Source: Pseudomonadota bacterium (lineage in GTDB: Bacteria > Desulfobacterota > Desulfobacteria > Desulfobacterales > Desulfobacteraceae). From it: a DNA stretch of 44,870 nt. The DNA lies in assembly GCA_018812385.1 (NCBI GenBank), contig JAHJDU010000410.1, positions 1-44,870 on the forward strand, read 5' to 3'. Below the pieces are notes generated by a model. The model searched no databases and was not told the origin of the DNA. It was given only the letters and a program-made list of their open reading frames with translations. Made by a program: the position numbers and the translations under genes. Below are positions 1 through 9,617 of this stretch, in pieces. Position 1 is the stretch's first letter. Each line of letters begins with the position of its first letter.

Positions 1-2
1 CC

Positions 3-95
3 GGATACAATAAAAATTTTGCCAAACAGGTGTCTGAAGCTGAAAAAATAATGCAGCAGGATAAAGATCTTCTCCGGGAACTGTCCAAAAGATGA
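3..95 (+). CDS. Antitoxin, 3' part only (AbrB/MazE-type partner of Doc)
   Basis: Manual translation GYNKNFAKQVSEAEKIMQQDKDLLRELSKR*. It resembles the C-terminus of Doc-associated antitoxins, and its TGA overlaps the doc ATG (ATGA 92-95). Truncated by the window edge. Confidence 0.75.
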   Translation, partial: GYNKNFAKQVSEAEKIMQQDKDLLRELSKR

Positions 96-487
96 CCTAT
101 AACTGGATTGAACTGGAAACAGTTCTTGCCATTCATGACATGCAGATTCAGGAACATGGCGGTGGAACCGGTGTCAGGGACATCGGCCTGATTGAAAGCG
201 CACTTGCAAGACCTCAAAATCTTTTGCATTATGGCTCTCCTGATGTTGTAGAACTTGCCGCTGAATATGGTTTCGGGATAACAAAAAACCATGGATTTGT
301 GGATGGGAACAAACGAACAGCTTATGTTGTAACACGGCTTTTCTTAAGGCTGCATGGGGCAGACTTCACTGCTACTCCTATCGAAATAGTTATAACATTT
401 GAAAAACTGGGCAAAGGTGATTTTACGGCTGAAACATTCACCCAGTGGATGAAAAATAACTGCAGTAAAATTTCTTCTCAGCTCTAA
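92..487 (+). CDS. doc: Death-on-curing (Doc/Fic family) toxin
   Basis: 131 aa. Doc-type Fic motif HGFVDGNKRTA and N-terminal HD..I..HGG..GVRD.GL.ESAL.RP. Confidence 0.92.
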   Translation: MTYNWIELETVLAIHDMQIQEHGGGTGVRDIGLIESALARPQNLLHYGSPDVVELAAEYGFGITKNHGFVDGNKRTAYVVTRLFLRLHGADFTATPIEIVITFEKLGKGDFTAETFTQWMKNNCSKISSQL

Positions 488-623
488 TTTGTCAGATGAA
501 TCAAATTACCGCTCCAAAAACGGTTGGCAAAGCCATTTCTTGTTGACTATTTACATTTTTTTCTTCATTAATAGGCCATAAAATTTAAACCCAATTGGAA
601 TTTAAGAGAATAAAGGAGATCCA

Positions 624-1853
624 ATGTCAAAAGAAAAAGTTGTTCTAGCCTATTCAGGTGGGCTTGACACCTCAGTTATATTAAAATGGCTATTGGAACA
701 AGGCTATGAAGTATTTGCCTATATGGCCAATATCGGCCAGAAGGAAGACTTTCCGGCTGCAGAACAAAAGGCATTAAAAATCGGTGCATCCAAAGTATTT
801 ATCGAAGACATGAGAAAAGAATTTGTCACGGATTATATCTTTCCCGTTTATAAAGCCAATACAATATATGAAGGACGATACCTTTTAGGAACAGCCATTG
901 CCCGCCCCATCATTGCAAAAAAGCAGATAGAGATTGCAAGACAAATCGGTGCTGAGTATGTATCCCATGGCGCAACAGGAAAAGGCAATGATCAGGTCCG
1001 GTTTGAATTAGCATACTATTCCCTGAATCCAAAAATCAAGGTAATTGCACCCTGGAAAAACGCTAAATTTTTAAACACTTTCAAGGGGAGAACCGATCTT
1101 CTTGAGTATGCTGAAAAACACGGTATCCCAACAAAACAGTCTGCATCCAAACCCTATAGTGAAGATGATAATCTACTGCATATTTCCCATGAAGCAGGCA
1201 TCCTTGAAGATCCAGCCCATGAGTGCGAAGAAAACATTTATTCCCATACAGTGTCCCCTGAAAAAGCCCCGGACAAACCCACAAAGATTAAAGTTGAATT
1301 CAAGGACGGCATCCCGGTTAAAGTCACGAATCTTGAAAATAATACAATTAAAACTGACCCCCTTGAACTGTTTGAATACCTCAATCAACTGGGGAGAGAA
1401 AATGGGATCGGACGACTTGACATGGTTGAAAATCGATTTGTGGGAATTAAATCAAGGGGCGTATACGAAACCCCGGGTGGCACCATTCTCCACGAAGCCC
1501 ACAAAGACATTGAAGGCGTTGCCATGGACCGAGAAGTAATGCGGTTAAGAGATATGCTGTCTGCCAAATTTGCAGAACTGATATACAATGGGTTCTGGTT
1601 CAGCCCTGAAATGGAATTTCTCATGGTGGCCATTGATAAGAGCCAGGAAGTCATTGATGGCGAAGTCACCTTGAAACTTTACAAGGGCATTGCATACCCC
1701 GTTGCCCGGACAAGCCCTTCTTCCCTTTATGACCAGGATCTTTCTTCCATGGATATTGAAGGCGGTTATAACCAGGAAGATGCAGAAGGATTTATCAAAA
1801 TCAATGCCATCAGATTGATGGCCCATAGAAATATCATAGATAAAAAAAGATGA
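624..1853 (+). CDS. argG: Argininosuccinate synthase
   Basis: Motifs [24 protein letters not shown] and [27 protein letters not shown] upstream. Confidence 0.98.
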   Translation: MSKEKVVLAYSGGLDTSVILKWLLEQGYEVFAYMANIGQKEDFPAAEQKALKIGASKVFIEDMRKEFVTDYIFPVYKANTIYEGRYLLGTAIARPIIAKKQIEIARQIGAEYVSHGATGKGNDQVRFELAYYSLNPKIKVIAPWKNAKFLNTFKGRTDLLEYAEKHGIPTKQSASKPYSEDDNLLHISHEAGILEDPAHECEENIYSHTVSPEKAPDKPTKIKVEFKDGIPVKVTNLENNTIKTDPLELFEYLNQLGRENGIGRLDMVENRFVGIKSRGVYETPGGTILHEAHKDIEGVAMDREVMRLRDMLSAKFAELIYNGFWFSPEMEFLMVAIDKSQEVIDGEVTLKLYKGIAYPVARTSPSSLYDQDLSSMDIEGGYNQEDAEGFIKINAIRLMAHRNIIDKKR

Positions 1854-1860
1854 CGAGATC

Positions 1861-1905
1861 ACCTGCCCGGAAGTATTATTTAAACTTCCGGGCAGGTTTT
1901 ATTTA
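1861..1905. terminator. Intrinsic terminator between convergent argG and metV-like gene
   Basis: Perfect 14-bp stem ACCTGCCCGGAAGT (1861-1874) / ACTTCCGGGCAGGT (1884-1897) followed by a T-rich tail. Confidence 0.85.
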
Positions 1906-1948
1906 TTTTATCTGCAAAACTTTAAAAGACAAGGGATAAAAATCTTTT

Positions 1949-2632
1949 TTAAAAAGGTGTTTCCCCTGGATGAACCAGCTGTCTTGGGCCGCCGGCACCA
2001 CCGGGAGTCCAGTTTTTCGCTTCACTTATCTTTTCATAGTTATCAAGCTTGCCAAGTTCTTTGAGACGATCAACAATCAAATGCCAGGCGCACTCAACAT
2101 CCCGGCCCAAAGAAATACTTATCTCGCATTTCCCCTTTGATGATCCACCGCATGGACCATTAAGGAGATGTTTGGCACACCTGGCAATGGGGCATATGCC
2201 ACCTGTCAACCCGAGAAGGCAATCACCACATCCCGCACATTTCTCATTAAAGACACCTGGGGCATCCTGGGCCCCGAGAAAGGTTGTATTCAAGCCAGGT
2301 AAAACAGGAATGCCTTTAAATATATCTGCCATGGTTTGAACACCTGCACCACAGGCAAGGGACAAAATGGCGTCCACACCTTGGGGAAGATCAAAAAATG
2401 GTTTGATCCAGTCTTTTTCGCATTGCCTTTCCAGCATGCTGTTTTCAAAAATATGAAGGGGTTTACTCTCTTTAAAAGCATGGGCAAGGGCTTCAGTCAT
2501 TGATCTTGCAGCCCTGTCACCACCGGTCAGGCTGACAGCCACGCAGGTTTGACACCCTACTACCAGAACATTTGAATAGTCTTTTATTGATTCTATAATC
2601 TCTTCAATTGGTTTATGTTCGCCGACTATCAT
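1949..2632 (-). CDS. metV: Methylene-THF reductase C-terminal-domain (MetV-like) Fe-S/Zn protein
   Basis: Motifs GCQTC..V..TGG, ERQCE, LACGAGVQ, C.GCGDC.L..TGGICPIARCAK.LLNGPCGG and CAW.LI, typical of MetV. Confidence 0.8.
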   Translation of the reverse strand: MIVGEHKPIEEIIESIKDYSNVLVVGCQTCVAVSLTGGDRAARSMTEALAHAFKESKPLHIFENSMLERQCEKDWIKPFFDLPQGVDAILSLACGAGVQTMADIFKGIPVLPGLNTTFLGAQDAPGVFNEKCAGCGDCLLGLTGGICPIARCAKHLLNGPCGGSSKGKCEISISLGRDVECAWHLIVDRLKELGKLDNYEKISEAKNWTPGGAGGPRQLVHPGETPF

Positions 2633-2642
2633 AGATTATCTC

Positions 2643-3032
2643 CTATTGGGAAGCTCTTTTGGAGGCAAGTTTTTTCCATACATTTACAGGTTCAAAGCCT
2701 TTATGATCAGGGCACAGTGGCTCAATGCTCTTTTTAGTATCATTTGACACAGTCTCACCCAGGCTTGTGGTATAAATGGGTTCTCCACATACCTTGCAAT
2801 GAACCATATCCAATGTTTTTACCAGATCAAATCTTCCGGTGAGCAAAACCTTGAATTCAACGGCATCCTGGGGGCAGATTCTCCAACAGTGACCGCATCT
2901 GGCACAAAGAGACATATTATGCATTATCTTCCGGCTGTCTTCCTGATCAAAATAGTTCAATGCGCCTGCCGGACAATTCTGCACACAGGCCAGGCAGCCA
3001 TTACAATTCTCATTTACTTTAAAAAAGGACAT
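2643..3032 (-). CDS. 2x[4Fe-4S] ferredoxin-like protein with a C-terminal CxxC...CxxH element
   Basis: CNGCLACVQNCP and CARCGHCWRICP, plus CKVCG...CPDH. Confidence 0.85.
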   Translation of the reverse strand: MSFFKVNENCNGCLACVQNCPAGALNYFDQEDSRKIMHNMSLCARCGHCWRICPQDAVEFKVLLTGRFDLVKTLDMVHCKVCGEPIYTTSLGETVSNDTKKSIEPLCPDHKGFEPVNVWKKLASKRASQ

Positions 3033-3066
3033 TTCAGTATCTCCTAAGGTTCCTTCTTAAATCTCT

Positions 3067-3546
3067 TTAAGGTTTTGCCAACCGTGCCAGCTTTCCAGCC
3101 AATAGAACCATATTGGGATATTTTATCATTTCAACATCCAGGTATTCAATGGCCAAAGGTTGGCAAATTTTCACACATTCAGGATCACCTTTGCACAGAT
3201 CGCATTTATAGGATTTGGCCTTTTGCTTATCCAGCTTCATTGCTCCAAAAGGACAGGCAGATACGCAGTAACCGCATCCTACACATTTTTGACGATCAAT
3301 CAAGACCCAGCTCAGTTCATCATCACGATAAATTGCTTCTTTTGGACAGGTTGCCATGCAGGGCGGATTTTCACATTGTTTGCAGGCAATGGGGAAAAAG
3401 AATTCCTCATCTTCATTGTCCTTCAGAATTCGAATACAGGACAGGCCAGGGCTGGTTAAACTTGTTCGGGTTTGAATGCAGGCTGTTTCGCAGTCCCCGC
3501 AATTATTGCATTTCTCCGGATGGATTATGAGCATTTTAACATCCAT
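3067..3546 (-). CDS. Four-cluster Fe-S electron-transfer subunit (CooF/DmsB/BamC-like)
   Basis: CNNCGDCETAC, CKQCENPPCMATCP, CVGCGYCVSACP and CDLC.GDPECVKIC. Confidence 0.88.
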   Translation of the reverse strand: MDVKMLIIHPEKCNNCGDCETACIQTRTSLTSPGLSCIRILKDNEDEEFFFPIACKQCENPPCMATCPKEAIYRDDELSWVLIDRQKCVGCGYCVSACPFGAMKLDKQKAKSYKCDLCKGDPECVKICQPLAIEYLDVEMIKYPNMVLLAGKLARLAKP

Positions 3547-3618
3547 TGCTAAAGATCTCCATTCTTATCATCTTCACCTTTTCAAAGGTATTGAATCAAT
3601 TTGCATTTAACACACAAA

Positions 3619-3636
3619 TGTTCATCATTATGAACA
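3619..3636. promoter_or_regulatory. Palindromic operator 1, TGTTCAT-N4-ATGAACA
   Basis: Perfect 7-bp inverted repeat upstream of the minus-strand Fe-S operon. A near-identical copy lies at 3765-3782. Confidence 0.6.
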
Positions 3637-3764
3637 CGACAGCGATTATGATACAGGATGAAACAAGACGGGTCAACTTGTTTTTACCTGTTGTCTGAAT
3701 ATAGCTAAATCCTGTATATAGGGGGTTCACATAATCAACAAAATGCTCTGGGGCAGAGTCAATT

Positions 3765-3782
3765 TGTTCATTATGATGAACC
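3765..3782. promoter_or_regulatory. Palindromic operator 2, TGTTCAT-N4-ATGAACC
   Basis: Its reverse complement GGTTCATCATAATGAACA matches operator 1 at 16 of 18 positions. Confidence 0.55.
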
Positions 3783-3797
3783 TAAATCTTTTTCCCA

Positions 3798-4883
3798 TCA
3801 AACCCTGTTGCCATACTTTTTTTTAATCCCCCGAAACTGATCATAGGAAAGCCCAAGCCTTTTTGCAGCTTTTCTCTGATTAAACTGACATTCTTTTAAA
3901 GCCTTTGATACCAGATGGAATTCCAACTCGGCAATAGCTTGCCTAAACGGTTTTTCCAAAATATGATCTATAATATCACTTGACTCGCCGACATTTGATT
4001 CATCCGGAATCAGCGAATCCAGATGAGATTCATCCCTTTTTTTCTCCTTTCTTACTGTTTTGTTTTCCAAAGCATCCCCATAGGGATTATTAAAGGGATC
4101 AAAGGAAATCTCTTTAATTATATCCGTCGAAGATTTATATACGGCCCTTTCAATAACATTTTTTAATTCCCTGATATTTCCAGGCCAGGGATAATCCTCA
4201 AGTGCTTTTAACGCTTGAAAAGAAATCCTGGGTATTTCTTCCCGGCCAAGCTCAAATGCCATCCTTGCTGCAAAATGATTTGCCAGAATCAGGATGTCCC
4301 CTTTTCTTTTTCTTAAGGGCGGCACATAAATCACTTCAAAAGAAAGCCGGTCAAGAAGATCCTGCTTAAACTCACCATACTGCACCATCAAAAAAAGATC
4401 CACATTTGTTGCTGCCACAATCCGCACATCAACATGAATAGATTCGGAGGAGCCTACCCGTTCAAAACTGCCATACTCCACCACCCTTAAAATTTTTTCC
4501 TGAACCTCCATGGGGATTGTCCCGATTTCATCCAGAAAAAGCGTACCTTCGGATGCTTTCTCAAACCGGCCTGCCTGCCGGGAAGCGGCACCGGTAAATG
4601 CCCCTTTTTCATACCCGAACAGCTCAGAACCTATCAGGGTTGATGTCAGGGCCGAACAATTCAATGTTACAAGAGGTTTTTGCCACCGCTTTGATAAAAA
4701 ATGAATCTTTGATGCGGCAAGCTCCTTGCCCGTGCCGCGCTCCCCGAGAATCAGAATCGGACGTTCAATGGGTGCCACCTTTGATATCAGTTCCTGGAAT
4801 TCAAGGAACGCCTCTGACTGTCCTATTGCTTCAGGCGTTGAAAAATGCGTGTCTCCCCTTTGTTGCTGATCAGATAAAACCAT
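3798..4883 (-). CDS. pspF: Phage shock protein operon sigma54 activator PspF
   Basis: AAA+ domain (GERGTGKE, GAFTGA, LFLDEIG) and C-terminal HTH, with no N-terminal regulatory domain. Divergent from pspA. The ATG at 4883 has a GGAGG RBS (the ORF track starts at 4901). Confidence 0.93.
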   Translation of the reverse strand: MVLSDQQQRGDTHFSTPEAIGQSEAFLEFQELISKVAPIERPILILGERGTGKELAASKIHFLSKRWQKPLVTLNCSALTSTLIGSELFGYEKGAFTGAASRQAGRFEKASEGTLFLDEIGTIPMEVQEKILRVVEYGSFERVGSSESIHVDVRIVAATNVDLFLMVQYGEFKQDLLDRLSFEVIYVPPLRKRKGDILILANHFAARMAFELGREEIPRISFQALKALEDYPWPGNIRELKNVIERAVYKSSTDIIKEISFDPFNNPYGDALENKTVRKEKKRDESHLDSLIPDESNVGESSDIIDHILEKPFRQAIAELEFHLVSKALKECQFNQRKAAKRLGLSYDQFRGIKKKYGNRV

Positions 4884-4929
4884 TTTACCCTCCCAAGGCA
4901 TCCTGTAGGCTTGATAAATAGCTCAACTA

Positions 4930-4965
4930 TTGGTTAATATAACCCATGATTGGTAAAACATACCA
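4930..4965. promoter_or_regulatory. Candidate PspF upstream activating sequences (two palindromes)
   Basis: GGTTA-N3-TAACC (4932-4944) and TGGTA-N5-TACCA (4951-4965), centres about 20 bp apart and 70-100 bp upstream of the sigma54 site. Confidence 0.55.
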
Positions 4966-5034
4966 CATGCATCAGGAAGACGTCAATGGGAATAACCCCT
5001 TAAAATCAAAGTGTATTTATCATATAATTTTGTC

Positions 5035-5050
5035 TGGCACGGAAAATGCT
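5035..5050 (+). promoter_or_regulatory. Sigma54 (-24/-12) promoter of pspA
   Basis: TGGCAC-GGAAA-ATGCT with exact GG-N10-GC spacing. Confidence 0.85.
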
Positions 5051-5127
5051 AAATGCTATTTGTATCTGTAACTCGAAAAAAAGAAGCTTAATTTTAAAAT
5101 AAAAACAAAGCATGAGGAGAAAACAAA

Positions 5128-5811
5128 ATGGGAATTTTCACACGATTTAAAGACATTGTAGCATCAAACATGAGTGCCATGCTGGATAAAGCAGAAGATC
5201 CTGAAAAATTAATCAAACTGATGATCAGGGAAATGGAAGACACATTGATTGAAATCAAATCTTCCTGTGCAAATGCCATTGCCAATCAGAAAAAAGTTGG
5301 GAGGCTATTGGATGATATCCTGGAAAAAGAAAATTTCTGGGCCCAGAAAGCTGAACTTGCGGTAAAAAAAGGGAAAGATGCATTGGCAAGGCAGGCACTT
5401 CAGGAAAAGAGACGATTTACCCAGAAAACCGAGGTTGTTGAGATAGAACAAACTGAACTGAGTACCATCATTGAGCAATACCGGGATGACATTTCCGAAC
5501 TCGAAAGCAAACTAAAATCTGCCCGGGAAAAACAGCGTATACTTGTTCAAAGACATATCCGGGCCAGTGGCAAAAAAAGAGCCAGGGAAGAAATACGGCG
5601 TGCAGACAGTACCGAGATAATGCAAAAATTTGAAGAACTTGAAAACCACATCGAAAGAATGGAAGCCGAGGCAGATCTTGTCAATTATGGCAGACCATCA
5701 ACACTTGAAGAGGAATTCGATGTTCTGGAGGCAGATGATGACATTGAGGCAGAGCTCAATAAATTAAAGTCCTCCCAATCTTCAAAAAATGATGATACAA
5801 GGGATGAATAA
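5128..5811 (+). CDS. pspA: Phage shock protein A
   Basis: MGIFTRFKDIVASNMSAMLDKAEDPEKLIKLMIREMEDTL N-terminus and a coiled-coil body. Confidence 0.95.
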   Translation: MGIFTRFKDIVASNMSAMLDKAEDPEKLIKLMIREMEDTLIEIKSSCANAIANQKKVGRLLDDILEKENFWAQKAELAVKKGKDALARQALQEKRRFTQKTEVVEIEQTELSTIIEQYRDDISELESKLKSAREKQRILVQRHIRASGKKRAREEIRRADSTEIMQKFEELENHIERMEAEADLVNYGRPSTLEEEFDVLEADDDIEAELNKLKSSQSSKNDDTRDE

Positions 5812-5844
5812 ACCATTCAAGATTAACCAAACCGGAGTAATTAT

Positions 5845-6099
5845 ATGATGACTGGCGCACTTATCGTAGGAATATGCATTGGCGGGATAATACTTTTCAT
5901 CGCCACCCTTGGGCTGATATTTATCGGCATTATCAGGGCCTCCAAAACAGGTGGATTGTCCAAAAACGAAAAACAGACCCAGGCAGAAGAGACTAAAATG
6001 ATCCAGGACATATATCATGGATTGTCAAAAATGGAAGAAAGGATTGAAGCGCTTGAAACCATATTGATTGAGCGCCAGAAAAAGGATTTAAACAAATGA
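5845..6099 (+). CDS. pspB: Phage shock protein B-like membrane protein
   Basis: One N-terminal TM helix and an MEERIEALETIL motif. Lies between pspA and pspC. Confidence 0.75.
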   Translation: MMTGALIVGICIGGIILFIATLGLIFIGIIRASKTGGLSKNEKQTQAEETKMIQDIYHGLSKMEERIEALETILIERQKKDLNK

Positions 6100-6536
6100 A
6101 ACGACACTATGGACATAGACAAAACCATAAGTTCAAACAATACAAAAGGCATTATAACGGGCTCAGAGACAGGCTTGAAACCCTGGCATCAAGCCAGGGG
6201 ATCTACCGATCCAGAAGAGGTATCTTCATGGGAGTCTGCCGCGGACTTGCCGAGTATTTTAATTTCAGTGTTTTCTGGGTGAGAATAATCACCCTGGTCT
6301 TATTTCTGTTTACGGGTTTCTGGCCAATCGGTGTCATGTATATCGTTGCAGGTCTGCTGGTAAAGATGGAACCTGTTTCTCCTTTGCGCGATGAAAAAGA
6401 CCAGGAATTTTATGATTCCTATACCCATTCAAGGCCATCAGCCATCCAGAGAATCAAGAGAAAATTTGAAAACATTGAACGCCGCATTCAAAGAATGGAA
6501 CACACAGTTACTTCAAAGGAATTTGACTGGGAATAA
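6096..6536 (+). CDS. pspC: Phage shock protein C
   Basis: IYRSRRGIFMGVCRGLAEYF PspC domain and C-terminal RRIQRMEHTVTS.EF. Confidence 0.9.
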   Translation: MKRHYGHRQNHKFKQYKRHYNGLRDRLETLASSQGIYRSRRGIFMGVCRGLAEYFNFSVFWVRIITLVLFLFTGFWPIGVMYIVAGLLVKMEPVSPLRDEKDQEFYDSYTHSRPSAIQRIKRKFENIERRIQRMEHTVTSKEFDWE

Positions 6537-6558
6537 ATCTTCATCTTTTTTTTATTAC

Positions 6559-6603
6559 AAACGGCAACTGCTGCACAATTTATCAGTGTAGCCATTGCCG
6601 TTT
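6559..6603. terminator. Hairpin between convergent pspC and azlD
   Basis: Outer stem AAACGGCAA/TTGCCGTTT and inner stem GCTGCAC/GTGTAGC. Confidence 0.6.
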
Positions 6604-6911
6604 TACCATGCACTAAGCAAAACAAGATATGTTACTGCCACTGATCCTAACACCGGTATGATGATGCCCCCTTTCCACAACCCAAAGATCATTGTAAAGG
6701 CCATACCTGAGAGTGCTGCCATGGGCATGTCAGGAGTAGCAGAAAATACCCCGGGGATAATCAAGGCACCGATTGCTGCCATGGGTATGCATTTTAAAAA
6801 TGCATCAACCCTTTTTGGAATTTCCCTGTTACTCATCAAAATGAATGGTATCAATCTTGGCCCATATGTGACTGCCGCCATACCCAGGATTACAGGAATC
6901 AGATTATCCAC
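6603..6911 (-). CDS. azlD: AzlD-family branched-chain amino acid exporter, small subunit
   Basis: ILGMAAVTYGPRLIPF...FLKCIPMAAIGALIIP. GTG start at 6911 with a GGAGG RBS. Confidence 0.85.
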   Translation of the reverse strand: MDNLIPVILGMAAVTYGPRLIPFILMSNREIPKRVDAFLKCIPMAAIGALIIPGVFSATPDMPMAALSGMAFTMIFGLWKGGIIIPVLGSVAVTYLVLLSAW

Positions 6912-7602
6912 AGCTTTCCTCCTGAACTTCCGTGGCAATAAAAAATGATCCTGCCAAAGCAATGATAAGAATGCACACAATGATGGTCCAGCCATTTGGA
7001 AGGATATCAAGCTTGATTAAAAGAGTATTTAAAAGCCCTGATGCGATGGTAAGAATCAATGCCTTTACTGATGTTTTAATCTCAGGCAGCAGAATAGCCA
7101 GCAGTAATGCATAGAGTGCAACTCCCATGCTTTTGCTCAAGATTTCCGGCAGGAAACCACCCATAACATAGCCTGCTATTGTTCCACCGACCCAGGCAGA
7201 ATAAGCAGATAATTGCAATATAATTACAAAGGTCTTTGAAAGCTGGCCTTTGTTAAAGGAAAGGACGGAAAAGACCTCATCTGTCACACCAAAGGCAATT
7301 AAAAATAAGTATTTTTTGGCAACCTTACCAATTCTTGTAGACAAATAGGCACTCATCAAAAAATGCCTGAAATTGACCAGCAAAGTAGTTAGAATAATAC
7401 CGCCCGGCCCCATTCCTGTCATTAACAGATTCAGCGCAATAAACTGGCTGGCACCGGCAAAAACAACGGCTGAAAATAAAAAACATTCCAGAAGAGTGAT
7501 ACCACAGCCTTTGGACAATATCCCGAATGCAATGGCTGCCGGTATGTAACCGATAAAGATAGGAATTGCTGCTTTAAAAGCGTCCTGTACTTGTCTTGTC
7601 AA
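6904..7602 (-). CDS. azlC: AzlC-family branched-chain amino acid exporter permease
   Basis: Motifs GYIPAAIAFG, VFAGASQF, LLVNFRHFLMS and FGVTDEVF. The probable TTG start at 7602 overlaps the upstream stop (TTGA). Confidence 0.9.
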   Translation of the reverse strand: MTRQVQDAFKAAIPIFIGYIPAAIAFGILSKGCGITLLECFLFSAVVFAGASQFIALNLLMTGMGPGGIILTTLLVNFRHFLMSAYLSTRIGKVAKKYLFLIAFGVTDEVFSVLSFNKGQLSKTFVIILQLSAYSAWVGGTIAGYVMGGFLPEILSKSMGVALYALLLAILLPEIKTSVKALILTIASGLLNTLLIKLDILPNGWTIIVCILIIALAGSFFIATEVQEESCG

Positions 7603-8639
7603 GATATTACCCGATTTTCCTCTACTGCATGGCAAGCGACACAGGTGCCGTTATCCATTGTCAATAATGCAGGAACCTGTTGGGTACACCTCTCATTTGC
7701 ATACACGCACCGCGCATGGAACACACATCCTGTCGGCAAGTTAACCGGCGTGGGAACTTCCCCCTTGAGTTTAATTTGTTTGGCCCGTTTCTCACCGACA
7801 ACGGGGATGGCGCTTAAAAGGGCCTTTGTATATGGGTGACGCGGGAAAGCAAATAAATCCTCAGCTTTGGCTAATTCACATATAGTCCCAAGATACATCA
7901 CCGCAACCCGTGTACTGATATGACGTACAACGGACAAATCATGGGTGATAAAGAGGTACGTTAATTCTCTTTCTCTGCCGGCTTTCATCAAAAGGTTAAG
8001 GATCTGCGCCTGGATGGAAACATCTAAAGCTGATACTGGCTCATCTGCCACAATAAATTCCGGATCAAGAATTAATCCCCTTGCAATACTGATCCGCTGG
8101 CGCTGACCCCCGGAAAATTCATGGGGGTATCTTTTTATCCAGGCCTGGTCAACCCCCACCTGTTCCATGACCTGGTCAATTTTATCTTTGATTTCATCAT
8201 TGGACAATTCAGGATGATGAAATCTCAAAGGTTCTTCTAAAGTCTGCTGAACTGTTTTTCTTGGATTTAAAGAGGCATAGGGATCTTGAAAAATCATCTG
8301 CATTTTTTTTCTAAAGGGCAGCATCTGCTCATGGTTCAGGTTATCAATTCTTTTGCCACCATAATGTATTTCTCCGGAATTAGGCGGATAAAGGCCCAAA
8401 ACAACTCTTGCCAGAGTTGATTTCCCGCACCCGCTTTCCCCTACCACACTTAAGGTTTCACCTTTTTTAATAAAAAGAGAGACATCATTTACAGCTTTAA
8501 CTATGGTTTTCTCTAAACAGATTTTGCCCTTTTTGAGCCTGAGCTGATCCAGAAAACCACCTGAAATGTCAAAGTGCTTCACCACATTTTTAATTAAAAG
8601 TATTGTATTATCTTTATTCATTATTTTTTTGCTGTTCAT
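7599..8639 (-). CDS. Peptide ABC transporter ATP-binding subunit (DppF/OppF type), operon 1
   Basis: [25 protein letters not shown] and an oligo_HPY tail with a GC.FH.RC motif. Confidence 0.92.
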   Translation of the reverse strand: MNSKKIMNKDNTILLIKNVVKHFDISGGFLDQLRLKKGKICLEKTIVKAVNDVSLFIKKGETLSVVGESGCGKSTLARVVLGLYPPNSGEIHYGGKRIDNLNHEQMLPFRKKMQMIFQDPYASLNPRKTVQQTLEEPLRFHHPELSNDEIKDKIDQVMEQVGVDQAWIKRYPHEFSGGQRQRISIARGLILDPEFIVADEPVSALDVSIQAQILNLLMKAGRERELTYLFITHDLSVVRHISTRVAVMYLGTICELAKAEDLFAFPRHPYTKALLSAIPVVGEKRAKQIKLKGEVPTPVNLPTGCVFHARCVYANERCTQQVPALLTMDNGTCVACHAVEENRVIS

Positions 8640-8645
8640 TCCCTT

Positions 8646-9608
8646 TTATTTCATATGGCAGGCTGCCAAAACACCATTGCCGGCATCCTTGAGTTCTGGT
8701 GTCTGTGTTGTACAGATGGCCTGCCTTAAATAGCATCTCGGATTAAAAGCACATCCCGGTGGTATGTTTGTCAGTGTCGGCATCATCCCTGGAATCTGTA
8801 CGAGATCTTCACCCGGCTTTATCACAGTCCCTGGTATTGATTTTATCAACCCCTCGGTATAGGGATGAACCGGATGTTTCACCACCTGATCCGTTGATCC
8901 GTATTCAATAATTTTACCCGCATACATAACCGCAATTTTTTCTGTGACCTGGGATACAACCCCAAGATCATGGGTAATTAATATCAAAGCCATGTTATCT
9001 GATTCGCACAATTCCTGTAACAAATCCATGATTTCGGCTTGAATTGTCACATCCAGAGCAGTGGTAGGTTCATCAGCAATAATAATGGCAGGATCTGTCA
9101 AAAGAGAAATGGCGATAATAATTCTCTGGCGCATCCCGCCTGATAACTCATGGGGATATTGCGATAGTCTTTGCTCTGGTGATGGAATATGGACTTTTTT
9201 TAATTTTTCCAATGCAATATCTTGCGCGTCTGTTTTAGAAATTTTCCGATGGGCCTGCAAGGTTTCAACCATCTGAAATCCGATGGTAAACACAGGATTC
9301 AATGTCATCATGGGGTCCTGAAAAATCATACTGATTCTATTCCCACGGATTTTACGCATCTTTTCATCAGAATAGGAACTTATTTCATTTCCCTCAAAAA
9401 ATATTTTCCCTTTAGAAATATATCCTGGTTTACTGATCAGATTGATTATTGAAAAACCGGTTACAGATTTGCCGGCGCCACTCTCTCCGACAAGACCAAG
9501 CTTTTCACCCCTGTCCAGGACAAAGCTTACGCCATCAATTGCAGTGATATCACCAAATCTTAATGCAAATTTAACTTCAAGATCATGGACCTCTAAAAGA
9601 TGAGACAT
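8646..9608 (-). CDS. Peptide ABC transporter ATP-binding subunit (DppD/OppD type), operon 1
   Basis: [24 protein letters not shown] and HPYT. Confidence 0.92.
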   Translation of the reverse strand: MSHLLEVHDLEVKFALRFGDITAIDGVSFVLDRGEKLGLVGESGAGKSVTGFSIINLISKPGYISKGKIFFEGNEISSYSDEKMRKIRGNRISMIFQDPMMTLNPVFTIGFQMVETLQAHRKISKTDAQDIALEKLKKVHIPSPEQRLSQYPHELSGGMRQRIIIAISLLTDPAIIIADEPTTALDVTIQAEIMDLLQELCESDNMALILITHDLGVVSQVTEKIAVMYAGKIIEYGSTDQVVKHPVHPYTEGLIKSIPGTVIKPGEDLVQIPGMMPTLTNIPPGCAFNPRCYLRQAICTTQTPELKDAGNGVLAACHMK

Positions 9609-9617
9609 CTTAAAATC

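Noticed and set aside
1081-1862. Several alternative-frame ORFs within argG
   Set aside because: Fully overlapped by a highly conserved housekeeping gene.
6912-7010. Longer start for azlD given by the ORF track
   Set aside because: Lies inside azlC. The GTG at 6911 has a GGAGG RBS and fits the AzlD length.
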